DNA of 64,000 bases, taken from NCBI GenBank assembly GCA_951406725.2, contig OX597818.1, positions 41,168,001 to 41,232,000 of the forward strand. Direction: 5' to 3'. Origin of the DNA: Octopus vulgaris (lineage: Eukaryota). Of this stretch, positions 42,878 to 56,323 are shown in pieces. Made by a program: the position numbers and the translations under genes. The notes under the pieces were generated by a model, which saw only the letters and a program-made list of their open reading frames with translations, did not search any database and was not told the DNA's origin. The stretch's first letter is position 1. Each line of letters begins with the position of its first letter.

Positions 42878-43628
42878 ATTTGCAGATAGAAGGGTCGAGT
42901 GAGATATAAAGACACAGAGATAGATGTAGATAAATATACAGCGAGACAAAAACTTAGAAACGAATAAAGACGACCAAGATAAAAGAACACACGAGAATAG
43001 AGGCAACGCCAAATAAGGGAGTGCGACGGGGTGCATCAGTCACCAGATATTTGCTTGGCTCTAAAAGCAACGGCAGTAATAACCACAAGGTATAACATCA
43101 CCATCATAAAACAACCACAAACAACAATTACCTAAATCAAAACAACTAAATCAAAAAAATAAATATATAAACGGTTGGAATATATCATTGAGATTTCTTT
43201 AATTATTCCTACGATAGCAAAACGGATTAAACCAGAGGCAATCAAATTACTTGGGTCTATCACCAAGTAAGAACAAATTTCAATAGGCAATTAAATCAGG
43301 GTTTTTTTTTTTTTTCGAGCTTTAGAAGGGTCATTGCGCCAATATGAATAACACACGCACTGATTCGATTCCATTCTTTTATTAGTCAATCTGTTAATCA
43401 GTTAAATATCTATCCAACTAATTAACTGAGCGTTTGTTTAACATGTTGGCTAAACAGTTAATGACTTTTTCTTCTTTTTATTTTATTTTATTTTATATCT
43501 TTTTTGGTTTTTGACTGCTTAAGTTAAACAAAAAATTGATTTGTTCGTTGGATAAATATTTAACTGGTTGACTAATAGTAAAGGAGTGGAATTCAATCTG
43601 TGCGTGTATTATTACTATAAGCATAATA

Positions 43629-44015
43629 GGCGGCGAGCTGGCAGAAACGTAAGCACGCCGGGCGAAATGCGTAGCCATATTTCGTCTGCCGTTACGTTCT
43701 GAGCTCAAATTCCGCCGAGCTCGACTTTGCCTTTCATCCTTTAGGGGTCGATTAAATAAGTACCAGTTACGCACTGGGGTCGATATAATCGACTTGATCC
43801 GTTTGTCTGTCCTTTTTTGACCTCTCTGTGTTTAGCCCCTTGTGGATAGTAAAGAAATAGGTATTTCGTCCGTCGCTTTGCCTTTCATCCTTTCGGGGTC
43901 GATAAATTAAGTTCCAGTTGCGTACTGGGGCCGATCTAATCGACTGCCTCCCCCCCCCCACTCACACACACACAAAAATGTCAGGTCTTGTGCCTATAGT
44001 AGAAAGGATTATTAT
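43629..44015 (+). mobile_element. SINE family A, dimeric form
   Basis: Has the GGCGGCGAGCTGGCAGAAACG head, two central blocks and the terminal tail GTCTTGTGCCTATAGTAGAAAGGATTATT. Confidence 0.85.
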
Positions 44016-44562
44016 TATCGTGATGACTCTCCCTAGACATAACAAAATGTATTCCAAACACGAATTTACATAAAGAACTTGCAAACCAAACACAAAACGA
44101 AATTAAATCATAATTATATCTACGTAAACATTTTTAGCAAAATATAATGTAATGTAACATATCAAACCATATTTAACATATTCATTGAGAAGTATGTACA
44201 AAAATACAGAATATATACTAATATATGACAAAAGTTTTTAGCCCTGTATATGTGTGTTAGCGGTGCCCCTGGACAGCTACAGGAAACGAAGTGAAAATTG
44301 CGAAGAAAATTGTAAAGCAATTGAAGATTTGTGTGTGTGAGAGAGAGAGAGACAGACAGACAGACATACAAACAGAGAGAGAGAGAGACAGACAGACAGA
44401 GACAGAGACAGAGAGAAAGTGTGTGTGTGTGTGTGTGGTGGGGTGTCTATGTACTTCTGTGTGAGTTTTTTCCCCAGTCAATATTTTACTGGTTTCATGT
44501 GTTGCTATAAACACGCACGTTCAATTATATATATAAGCATGTAGGTATAATATACTTAATGC

Positions 44563-44634
<72 letters not shown>

Positions 44635-45544
44635 TTATTCATATATATATTCATATATATATATATAAATATATATATATTACATAAATATATGTTCATA
44701 TATACATACATGTGTGTGTATTTGTGTACGTATATGTATGTACGTCTATATGTCCTTACGTATTCGTTATCTGTCTGTCCAAGGGCGATGGCTGCAACGA
44801 TATACAGTAGCGGCGCATACACTTCGTTACTGTAAGTTTTTGATTACTATATGTATGTGCGGATGTTAACATATGAAGCCATAACGAAAGCGCACGGCTT
44901 CAAAAACTACGGAATCTGAAGAGCAAATAGAGAGGAAAACCAATAATGAATTCTATCACGAACAGGCATACTGTTTAGCGGAAACAGCGAGAAATATGAC
45001 CGCCAAGAAATTGCTTCGTTTCCGGATAAAAAGACGCAGGTCGAACGAGAGCGCTGCAGAAAAACCCACACAGAAGACGGCGAATTTGACCTTTCGTCTT
45101 GTTAACAACGCCCCTGAACAGATTAGAGTACGGTGATGTGTTTGTAGATTATTAACTAGTTTGTTGTTTGTTCTGTTATTTGTTATTTTTCTGTATTGAT
45201 TTGTTAATTATTTTGATTTTTTTAATTTCTTTTCTAGTATTGTTTGCGCACGCTTAGATTTGATTACGACTAATAGATTTCTGTGTGTGTATGTGTGTGT
45301 GTATGTGTGCGCGAGTCATATAAGTGCATATAGATTACACACACATACACACACACATTTAAATATATATAGACATATGCACACACAAACACATATGTAA
45401 AGAGAGAGAGGGAGAGAGAAAGTGTTTAATCTGTAGATATATGTCTATAAAATTCTGCTTATAAAATTATGTGCGTGTATAAGTAAATATTTATACGTAT
45501 ATATACATACAAACAGACAGATAGACAGATAGACAGACAGACAA

Positions 45545-45608
<64 letters not shown>

Positions 45609-45629
45609 TTAGATATACATGCATCTATG

Positions 45630-45664
<35 letters not shown>

Positions 45665-45691
45665 TACATATATATCAGCGTATATAATCGT

Positions 45692-45957
45692 TTTTGAACT
45701 CAGAACGTAACAGCAGACGAAATACCTATTTCTTTATTACCCACTAGGGGCTAAACATAGAGGGGACAAACAAGGACAGACATAGGTATTAAGTCGATTA
45801 CATCGACCTCAGTGCGGAACTGGTACTTAATTTATCGACCCCGGAAGGATGAAAGGCAAAGTCGACCTCGGCGGAATTTGAACTCAGAACGTAGCGGCAG
45901 ACGAAATACCGCTGGGCATTTCGCCCGGCGTGCTAACGTTTCTGCCAGCTCGCCGCT
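45692..45957 (-). mobile_element. SINE family A (antisense, upstream of the exon)
   Basis: Reverse complement of the family A monomer plus part of a second monomer. Confidence 0.85.
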
Positions 45958-47043
45958 TTACCTCGCCTAAATATTAAACTAAGCTGTCTTACTGCTAGTT
46001 CTGTTTCATTTTGAAAAATAATATTTATTTTATGGCTTCTTATCTTTTATATTTTGAATTTCACATATACGGGGGCACCAAAATATTTTCAGTGTTTAAT
46101 CTATATGGCGTGTTAACCATTTGAGAATAAACACCACCAGGCACTGTCCAGGTATGCAAGCTAGGGCTGGATTTGAACTCACCTGGCAAAGAACCTAAAC
46201 AAATACTGCAAGCCAACCTATCCGATGTTCTTACATTTCTGTCACTCCAGGAACATTAATTGAACTCCAAAGAATAAACGGCAAAGCTAACCTCGGCAGG
46301 AATTGAACTCAGAGGGCTGGAACAAATACTATGAATGATTCTAATGATTCTACCTCTTGACCATTTCAATTCTTTTGTGATGATCTAAGACTGTTTGGTA
46401 CCTTGTTAAAACTGACAATTTTAGCTAGTTAGCTTTCGAGAGACAGAATTATTTGGTTGTCAGGTAAATTCGCTGGGTTTTTTTTTTTTTCGTTTTTGTC
46501 CACTTATTTAAAAAATTTTTAGTGTTATTTGAGTTAACAGGAAAAATATTTTTATCGTAGTGCTTTTGGAGTATTTTTTTAGCTTTGTTCTTCCTCTACA
46601 ACATCTATTTATCATTTTTGAAATTTGAATAAATTGTACGTACTTATTTTCAAACAAATTACGATGGAGCGCCAATTAGAAAAAAAATAAAGAGAGAGAG
46701 AGAGAACGAACGAACGAAGTTGTCTGACGATGTACGATGCTATGCTGGACAATTCCTGGCCTTGGATAAAAGAAAATACAGGAATATCAGTTTATTATGA
46801 GTTTATTCAACATATTCCTTTCTCAGATTACAATTGTTCTTCAGTTTTTCTAAGCCCTGTAAAAGAACTCGGAAGGTTAGCCCTCCAGCCAGGCCTTTCA
46901 TGACACCCTTAAAGCCAGAACTTTTCGACACCCCTTCCCCTCCGTATATATAATTATATTCTATTTCAGACACTGAGTAATTTTTCTTCTGCTCATAAGT
47001 ATTGTTGCTTTATCTTTTCAATAAATTCTTTTTTTTTTTCCAG

Positions 47044-47235
47044 AAACCACTTCCAAAAATGCCGGTTCCGGATATCAGTTCAACTCTACAAAAGTACCTT
47101 TCGCTGGTCCGTCCCATCGTTCCAAGCGAACAGTACGATAAAACCAAAGCAATTGTTGAAAGTTTTCAAAATGATGGCGTTGGAGAAAAGTTACAGAAAA
47201 TGCTTCTCGAATATGCAGAATCAAAGGACAACTGG
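47044..47235 (+). CDS. ChAT: Internal coding exon (64 codons, phase 0/0) of a choline/carnitine O-acyltransferase, most likely choline acetyltransferase
   Basis: A polypyrimidine tract and CAG acceptor lie at 47027-47043, and a TGG|GTGAGT donor at 47236. The translation KPLPKMPVPDISSTLQKYLSLVRPIVPSEQYDKTKAIVESFQNDGVGEKLQKMLLEYAESKDNW matches the family N-terminal pattern LPxLPVPxL..TL..YL...G.GE.LQ..L......NW. ChAT versus carnitine acetyltransferase cannot be fully settled from one exon. Confidence 0.75.
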
Positions 47236-47328
47236 GTGAGTAGATCTTCGATTCCTTTACTCTGCTTTACCATTATCGATCTGGCCATAATAATCAAGAT
47301 ACTATGGACCAATGTATTCAGTATTAAA

Positions 47329-47540
47329 GGCGGCGAGCTGGAAGAAACGTTAGCACGCCGGGCGAAATGCTTAGCGGCAGTTCGTCTGCCGTTACGTTCT
47401 GAGTACAAATTCCGCCGAGGTCGATTTTGCCTTTTACCCTTTCGGGTAAATTAAGTACCAGTTGCGTACTGGGGTCGATCTAATCGTCTGGCCCCCTACC
47501 TAAATATTTCGAACCTTGTGCCTAGAGTAGAAAAGAATAT
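47329..47540 (+). mobile_element. SINE family A (sense, about 94 nt after the exon donor)
   Basis: Reads GGCGGCGAGCTGGAAGAAACGTTAGC...CCTTGTGCCTAGAGTAGAAAAGAAT. Confidence 0.85.
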
Positions 47541-47616
47541 AGTACCAAAATAAATTATAGCAAAAATACTTTTCTTTTTTGAACTTTACAATAAATAAAG
47601 CCCCTATATATATATA

Positions 47617-47842
47617 GGAAGCTCGCTTCACAATCACATGGTTCCAAGGTCAGTCCCACTGCGTGGCACCTTGGACAAGTGTCCTCTAACATAGCCTCGG
47701 GCCGACCAAGCCTTGTAGCCGGAAAATGAAAGCTCGTCATATATGTGTGTGTATACCTATGTGTGTGTATGTGTTTATGTCTCAGTTTGTGTCCCCCACC
47801 CATCACCATTTGACAAAAGAGGCCGATAGAATAAGTACTAGA
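47617..47842 (+). mobile_element. SINE family B, diverged and partial
   Basis: Reads CAGTCCCACTGCGTGGCACCTTGGACAAGTG...CCGATAGAATAAGTACTAG. Confidence 0.7.
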
Positions 47843-47967
47843 CTATATTAAGTGAGTACATATCCTTGGAATACTCAGTCACATATACACTAATTCAGTG
47901 AGCAAGTAGTTCAGTTGATCATAGGACTGAATCGCCACCGTCGAAAGTGACGGTGCTCCAGCCATCC

Positions 47968-48091
<124 letters not shown>

Positions 48092-48390
48092 ATGTTTGTA
48101 TGTATGTATGTATGCATATGCATATATAAGTGGGTGTGAATATACATATATATATATGTATGTATATGCATACATATATGCATACGCATGTATTATCTAT
48201 CTATGTATATATGCACATATACATATATGTATCATTTATATATACATAATTTATGTATAAACACATACACACATATATATACATTGTATATACACACATA
48301 TATATACATACATTGTTATTAATAAAATATTTTTAGCTCATTCTATTATTTCATCATTTCTTTATTATTCCATCAATTTTTTATTTTGCT

Positions 48391-48424
<34 letters not shown>

Positions 48425-48453
48425 TCTCTTTCTGTCTATCTGCCTATCTATGC

Positions 48454-48525
<72 letters not shown>

Positions 48526-48842
48526 GTCTGTCTGTCTATCTATCTATCTCACTGTCTATCTCTTATCTTATATGTGGCTTCTGTACAATGTCCATTGCCC
48601 TGCAGACAGCTAACATGATATTCGATCAAACAGGTATAGTTGTTGATGAGACAAAATGTCTGCAAGACAACTGTTTCATGTTGTAAGTTTTCCAATTTGA
48701 AGTGCATGCATATGTGTGTATATGTGCGTGTGTATGTCTATGTGTGTGCGTGCGCGCGTGTGTGTGGGTGTGTGTGAGTGTATATTTATTTGTGTGCGGT
48801 ATTAATTGATATTAATCTTTCAATGATATATAAAGTAGTGAA

Positions 48843-49485
48843 GGCGGTGGGCTGACAGAAACGTTAGCACGCCGTGCGAAATGCTTAGCAGTATTTCTTC
48901 AGTCGCTACGTTCTGAGTTCAAATTCCGCCGTGGTTGACTTTGCTTTTCATCCTTTCAGGGTCGATTAAATAAGTACCAGTTACGCACTGGGGTCGATAT
49001 AATCGACTTAATCCGTTTGTCTGTCCTTGTTTGTCCCCTCTGTGTGTAGCCCCTTGTGAGCAGTAAAGAGATAAGAAACGTTAGCACGCTGTGCGAAGTG
49101 TTTAGCGGCTCTGAGTTCAAATTCCGCCAAGGTCTACTTTGCCTTTCATCCTTTCGGTGGTCGATAAATTAAATACCAGTTACGTATTGGTGTCGATCTA
49201 ATCGATTGGCCGCTGCTCCTTCCCCCAAATTTCGGGCCTTGTGCCTTGAGTAGAAAAGGATATATAAAACAGTGAGCTGGCAGAACCGTTAGCACGCTGG
49301 GCAAAATGCTTAGCGGTATTTTGTCTGTCTTTACATTCTGGTTTCAAATTTCACCGAGGATGACTTTGCTTTCCATTCTTTTAAGGTCGATAAAATAAGT
49401 ACCATTACAGTAGAGCACTGGGGATCTATATAATCGACTTATCCTCACACCTGAACCTGCTGACCTTGTGTCCAAATATGAAACC
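48843..49485 (+). mobile_element. SINE family A dimer (48843-49262) followed by an older monomer (49273-49485)
   Basis: Three successive A-family central blocks. Confidence 0.85.
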
Positions 49486-49680
49486 TGTATTACAATAATA
49501 TACATGATTGTAATATTAATTGGGAAAGCACTCAGTACGTATACGCAGGATATGTTAAATTTGCTGATATAGCAAAATGGATTTCATAGTGACTTCGAAG
49601 TATCTTAAGGTCTCTAGCTTCCTAGGACTATTATTATTTTGTATATGCATATGCGTGTGCGTGTGTTTGTGGCTTGCAGA

Positions 49681-49712
<32 letters not shown>

Positions 49713-49866
49713 GTATCATATATAACGTTTAATTTATTATTTTACACATTACTTAATCATTGGTATATGTTTTTATCTTATATTTAATTTTTCTATAAGA
49801 TATAATTTTTTCTAAATGGTATAATTTTTTCATTGTTGAATTGATAAAAGGTGGGTTTTTTTTCTA

Positions 49867-49932
<66 letters not shown>

Positions 49933-50012
49933 TTGTGAAATTTGATTTAGTATTTCTAAATTGAATCTTTCCCTGTAAGTTTGGAATAATATTCCCTCAT
50001 ATTATATATATA

Positions 50013-50132
<120 letters not shown>

Positions 50133-50148
50133 TAGCAATAAATATAGT

Positions 50149-50268
50149 TTGCTAAATGTTTCAATTACATGTACTTATCGCACTACTAATAGTTTCCCGT
50201 ACATGCGTACACATGTACGGGAAGCTATTAGTAGCGTGATAAGTGCATGTAGTTCAAACGTTTAGTAA
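50149..50268 (+). other. 57-bp imperfect inverted repeat (hairpin, 6-nt loop)
   Basis: The arms 50149-50205 and 50212-50268 pair with 49 Watson-Crick pairs, 6 G:U pairs, 1 A.C and 1 C.C on the + strand (counted by hand). Confidence 0.9.
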
Positions 50269-51111
50269 TATTGAACTCTTATTGAATGGAGTACTTTTCA
50301 TATTGACTTTTACGGAGTTAATTTCTTATATGTGTATATATAATTATATATACATATTTATTTGCTTGTGTGTGAGTTTATGCTACACATGAGCATGCCT
50401 GTAGACATACATATTTAATAACTAAAGTTTAAAAATTTATTTTCGATAAATCCTTTCTTTCATTGTATACGTTATTATACACAAATATTGTTGTAGCAAA
50501 TACTTCAGTTGTTAGAATCATCTATGTTGAATAGATTCCTTGGCTTCGTTTCTAAAACTTTATGGTGCAACTTGTGCGTTTATGCCACTTGTTTTATTGT
50601 AGTGGTTTTAGCTTTTTTACATTCTTTATATTTTATCTATCACTTTGATTCTTTTACGAAATTTCTTTTGACTAGATATCACCTATGACCATTGCTAACC
50701 GATGATCAAAAGCAATTGTGTATATATTATTGAATTATGATGACTACACAAATGTCTATTTGCAGATATACGTACATCGATAACAATCTGGGCATGTACT
50801 CAGAAATCCGTATAAGCACATACATACTTCACCCGCACACACTATGGCCACATGGTTCACTTACCCATTCCTTTCATACACATATATAGTTGCATTAATA
50901 GACATTTAAATTTTTATGACGCATACACACACACACGTACACAAATACAGATGTATATATATGTGTGTGCGTTTGTATGTATGTATGTATATATAAATAT
51001 ATGTATGTGTCTATATATATATGAGTGTAGATTTACATATGTATTTATATATACGTATATATGAAATGTGCATTTATTTATACAAATATATATATATATA
51101 CATATACATAC

Positions 51112-51144
<33 letters not shown>

Positions 51145-51145
51145 C

Positions 51146-51218
<73 letters not shown>

Positions 51219-51275
51219 TGTATGTATGTATGAATGTACAGGTACATTCATATTTGCCCACATATATACACCTCG

Positions 51276-51323
<48 letters not shown>

Positions 51324-51919
51324 CATGAATGTAATGTATGTGTCTATATCAAGCCTTTGACTTTAGGCTCAAAAGTGAAAAAGGAATAAATAAATAAATA
51401 AATAAATGAATAAACAAATAAAAAGTAACAATAAATAAAGTAAAACAAGTTTTAGTATGAATCACCGTCTTTTATCGTTAACCAAATCAATAAACAAGCA
51501 CGATGCAATCAAGGTCTTCTCCCAGAAGGCGTTATTACTCCTAAAACAAGCATTTCTAAAATAACATTTATTTATCTATTTACTTCATTTTTATATATAG
51601 TTATTTCTTTATACATTTGTCTTTCTATTTATTCGTTTTGCTCTGGCCGGTTTTATGCCAAATTCACAACTGCATTGCGTTCCCCACTTCTTACGTACTT
51701 TCAACTAATTTCTTTAGCCGTGTTATATGGTTAACAACACATTTTAAGATAACTCGTAGCAGCTATGCTTTTATTATTTGTTTGTTACATTGTTTCAAAA
51801 CGAGGCGCGCGTCGAAAAGTGACATCCGCCATTACATCTGATGCATTTACATGCACTCCGCTCCGTATTCTTCTGTCCCTCGTGGCAATGATGGCCAACC
51901 TGATACAGTTACATCATTA

Positions 51920-51966
<47 letters not shown>

Positions 51967-52401
51967 AAAGAAAGAAAGGCAGAGAGAGCGTGTGTTGTGA
52001 GAGAGAGCGTGTGGGTAGCAGAGAGAGTATGTGAAAGAGAGACTATGTGAAAGAGAGATTGTGTGTCTGGGAGAGAATGTGTGTGTGTGTGTGTGAAAAA
52101 GAGAGAGGGGCAGAAAGAGCGTGTGTTGTGAGATAGAGCGTGTGGGTAGCAGAGAGAGTATGTGAAAGAGAGACTGTGTGTCTGGGAGAGAGACAGAGAG
52201 AATGTGTGTGTGTGTGTGAAAGAGAAAGTGTATATGTGTACAATAGAGAGATTGTGAGAGAGAGCGCGTGTGTGTTTGAGAGAATAAAGAAAGAAAGAAA
52301 GAAAGAAAGAAAAAAAGAAAAAAAGAAAAAAGAAGAAAGAAAGAAAGAAAGAAAGAGAATGTGTGCACGACAGAGACAAATTAAGTCAACTGAACAACGA
52401 A

Positions 52402-52550
52402 TTATATATAGACAATGTAGAATACCGGACTATATGTGGACACTGTAAGATACCGGACTATATGAGGTCACTGTAGAACACCGGACTACGTATAAACATT
52501 GTTGTATACTCGTTCATATTGAGACATCGTGGAATACCGGATTCTATGCT
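52402..52550. repeat. 28-bp minisatellite (about 5 degenerate units of GACACTGTAGAATACCGGACTATATGTG)
   Basis: ACCGGA recurs at 28-bp periodicity. Confidence 0.8.
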
Positions 52551-53336
52551 TTATAATAAGTATTTAATTCTCGTTGGAAGTAACAGACATTCCTCAAGAA
52601 TCGATAAGATATGTACATATACCCTGGTATAATACTTAGCCATAATCAATTGTCAATGATCCATCTTCTGTGAAAGTTTGCCATGTGTCAAACCAAATGA
52701 AATTAATATCTCAAAGAGAAAACAGAATTTCTTCTCTGCACATGCGCACTAATATAAATAAATGAACAAATAACCGCGCCCCCTTATCCCACGTTTGTTT
52801 CATTCAACTTAGTAATTTTCTAGGTGATAATTAGGTGACACTATCTCAGCTTTCACCAACAAGCGAGAATATTTTGTCAATCATTTATTTCCCCTGATAA
52901 CGAAATTAACCAGGTGGCGCTTCCTTCACAGTTAATCTGCATTCAATTGTATTCGTCACGGTATTGCCGTGATTATGTTTACTCAATATTCCAATCATCA
53001 CACATTACGTGTTATATATATTTTCTAATAACTATATTTGACACCCTAACAGTGTATATTTTCTCACAGACCCAGTTAAGACTATCACGCTATAACTTAC
53101 TTTAACTCCACTAAACGAAGTAGTTTTTTGTTTGTTTTTCCTTGTTTTTTTCAAAATTTTCTCCGTTTTTTTTAATGACCATTTACTATAAAGTGTTACA
53201 ACACCTTGGAGCTTATCACATTTTAGAAAAAGCGATTATTTGCTAATAACTTCTCTTGTGATATCTGTAGAAAATGACTTCGTATTAGTCTCAACGAAGT
53301 AGTCTCTTCGGAATTACAGGGTTTGGTAGAAATGGT

Positions 53337-53684
53337 GTGAAGGCGCATGGCTCAGTGGCTAGAGCGTCGAGCTTACAATCGTGAGGTTGTGGGCTCGAAT
53401 CCTGGACCGGGCTGCGTGTTGTGTACTTGAGCAAGACACTTTATTTCACGTTGCTCCAGTTCACTCAGCTGTAGAAATGAGTTGCGACGTCAGAGGTGCC
53501 AAGCTGTATCGACCTTTTCCTTTCCCTTGGATAACATCGATGGCGTGGAGATGGGAGGCCGGTATGCATGGACGACTGCTGCTATTCCATAAACAAACTT
53601 GCTCGGACTTGCGCCTGGGAGGGTAACTTTCTAGGTGCAATCCCATGGTCAGTCATGACGGAAGGGGGTCTCACTATATTCTCA
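53337..53684 (+). mobile_element. tRNA-derived CORE-type SINE (family E), full length with 12-bp TSD
   Basis: Has the A-box TGGCTCAGTGG, B-box GGCTCGAATCC and CORE-like GTGTACTTGAGCAAGACACTT...CTCAGCTGTAGAAATG. The TSD GGTAGAAATGGT lies at 53325-53336 and 53685-53696. Confidence 0.9.
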
Positions 53685-53855
53685 GGTAGAAATGGTAGCC
53701 TTAAAGAAAATTAAGAACTCGTTGTACAATGTAGTTCCATAGAATTATCTTGATTATTTGTCTGCTCTGTCAGAGGTTATTTGGAGCCATACAAAGACCG
53801 CAACAACTGTGACAATCACTATAATCGCAACAGATGATTTTATATTTAAAAAAAA

Positions 53856-54025
53856 AGGCGCGGCTGTGGTTGAATGGTAAACAGTTTGCTTCTCAACCAC
53901 AAGGTTCCGGGTTCAGTCCAACTGCGTGGTACCTTGTGTATATATTCAGTCCCACTGCCTGTCTTCGGGTCGACTAAAGCTTTGTGAGTGGATTTGGTAG
54001 ACGTTAAATGAAAGAAGCCCATCGC
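53856..54025 (+). mobile_element. SINE family B head fragment
   Basis: Reads GGTTCCGGGTTCAGTCCAACTGCGTGG...TTGTGAGTGGATTTGGTAGACG. Confidence 0.7.
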
Positions 54026-55204
54026 ATATGCGTGTATGTGTGTCTGTGTGTGTGATGGCGCATGCGTATGTGTGTGTATGTATGTGATTTTGTGTGGTTG
54101 TATGTTTTTGTGCTTATGGATGCGGTCTTGCACGTGTACATCGTTCTTGTATAATAGCGTGCGTGCGTGTGCGTGTGTCTGCACTTCTGTGTGCGTGTGT
54201 GTATGTGTGTGTATGCGAATGTGTGCTCATGCATGTGTGTTTGTGCGGTGGGGTGCGCGTATACATAAAGCTTATCAGCTACTCGTACATACTTTTACAT
54301 ACCTTTACAAATGACCTTCTCTGTGACTAGCAAACCTATATAAGCAGGTATACGATGGCTGTCACTCATCACTTGATATTCGAACAAAACCTATGTGAAT
54401 AGCATGTATCTGTGTGACGTATATTGCGATAAGCATGCGCCAGAAAACAGATCTAGCATCAATAGCCTCGATTTCGATCAGATGATTATTGAAGTGTCCT
54501 CTTTCAGTGAAGCGAGACTATCATTTACGAAAAGAGAGCTTCGCCGTTACTGATTGATGTTTAAGTGGGAAAGAGAGATGAAGAAAAGATGGCGAATAAC
54601 GAAGGATGTGAAAGAAAGACAGGGTAAAAGACAAATAGATGTGAAAACAGAAGGTAAGAGAAGAAAACGATAAGAAGTGTAAAGATGAATTGGGATGAGA
54701 GGGAAGAAATAGAAAATATAACAAAGAATTGTTTGAAGTTAAAACAAACAACAAAAGGATAATATATTAGATAAGAACAAGGTTTGATGATTTGATGGCC
54801 AGATATATTTCAGTGATAAGTAACGTTTCAAGGTGAAATATTTTGAAATAACTCCATAGACAGATAGCCACATAAGCACACTCATACGTACATACATACA
54901 TACATACATACATACATACATACATACATACATACATACATACATACATACATACATACATACATACGTACAATATAAGGTATGTGAGTGTGTATGTGAG
55001 CGCATGTATATGCATGGATTGATGTGTGCGTATATGAGTGCGTGTATATATACATATGTACATATAAACGTATGTATGCATGTGTGTGTGTATGTTTGTA
55101 TGTTTGTATCAGTGTGTGTGTGTGTGTGTGCATGTAAATATGCGTGCATGAATGCGCGCTTCAGTAATGAGATACATAGATTCACACGCACACATAAACA
55201 TACA

Positions 55205-55238
<34 letters not shown>

Positions 55239-55304
55239 AAAATGCACCCTCACTCACATGCACGCACACACCCATTGTCTATCTGAATAAAAGACTGAAT
55301 TAAT

Positions 55305-55349
<45 letters not shown>

Positions 55350-56122
55350 AGGAAAGAACATAAAAATGCATTATATCGATGCTAAAGCTTCAATTTAAAA
55401 AGAAAAAAAACAATACACCTGTCAATGAAGAAAAGAAGGAGCAATGCGTTGATGAAGACATGCAAACTCCATCTTGATACTGACTTATAAATGTACTGAT
55501 AGAGGAAAAGACACTGCTGTCGGTTTGGAATATGCGTGACACTTAAAGCGAGTTGTAATGGCGGTATCAGTATACGGTTGGCAAGACTTCGCGTGACCTT
55601 TCTCTAGAAAACGTAAACCCTTTCGTGTCCCGTCATAGGTGCATCAAGTCATTAACTCTTCCATCATGCTGTCCTTTACTTTATCGCCAACACCGTCTTC
55701 GCGTCTTTGCGTCTTCTAGCCTCGCGGTGTACCGGTTGAAAATTGCCTGACCAGCCATTGTCGTTAAAATATCTGCTCAACTTACTGGAACTTTTCTAGC
55801 TGTCGTGACAACGAGGCCAAAAAAAAAAAAACAAAAAAAAAAACGGAAAATATCTCCTGAGGAAATTGATTGTTTTGTACTTTCGTTCGTGGCGAATAGT
55901 TTCTTTCTATTTCTATTCAGAAAATGAATATAAATACTCTCACTGCTTAAGTGACGGAAACAGCTACGACATATTAAATACATTTGAAAAAGAAAAGAGC
56001 AAGAACTACATTAGTAAGTATACGGGAAATGTAATTGTAATGAATTCAGTGAGATCGTATTAACGGCAGCACAAAGTTGTGTGCATGTGGGTGCGTGTGC
56101 TTAAAGTCCAACACGCATGTTT

Positions 56123-56165
<43 letters not shown>

Positions 56166-56240
56166 GTAGGTAGGTATGTAGGTAGGTAGGTAGGTAGGTA
56201 GGTAGGTAGGTAGGTAGGTAGGTAGGTCGGTAGAGAGATT

Positions 56241-56323
<83 letters not shown>

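Noticed and set aside
44916-44945. Other CTGANGA words (for example 10773, 40253, 44916, 46726, 55857)
   Set aside because: None has a stem II plus GAAA plus NUH arrangement, so they were not counted as hammerheads.
45082-45096. EFDLS peptide resembling a sequence that could precede KPLPK
   Set aside because: There is no phase-0 GT donor after it and no in-frame start.
47002-47454. 150-aa ORF taken as a complete gene
   Set aside because: Only 47044-47235 is exonic. The remainder is polypyrimidine tract, intron and SINE-A.
52402-52550. CRISPR-like periodicity
   Set aside because: The units are contiguous with no unique spacers, the context is eukaryotic and there are no cas genes.
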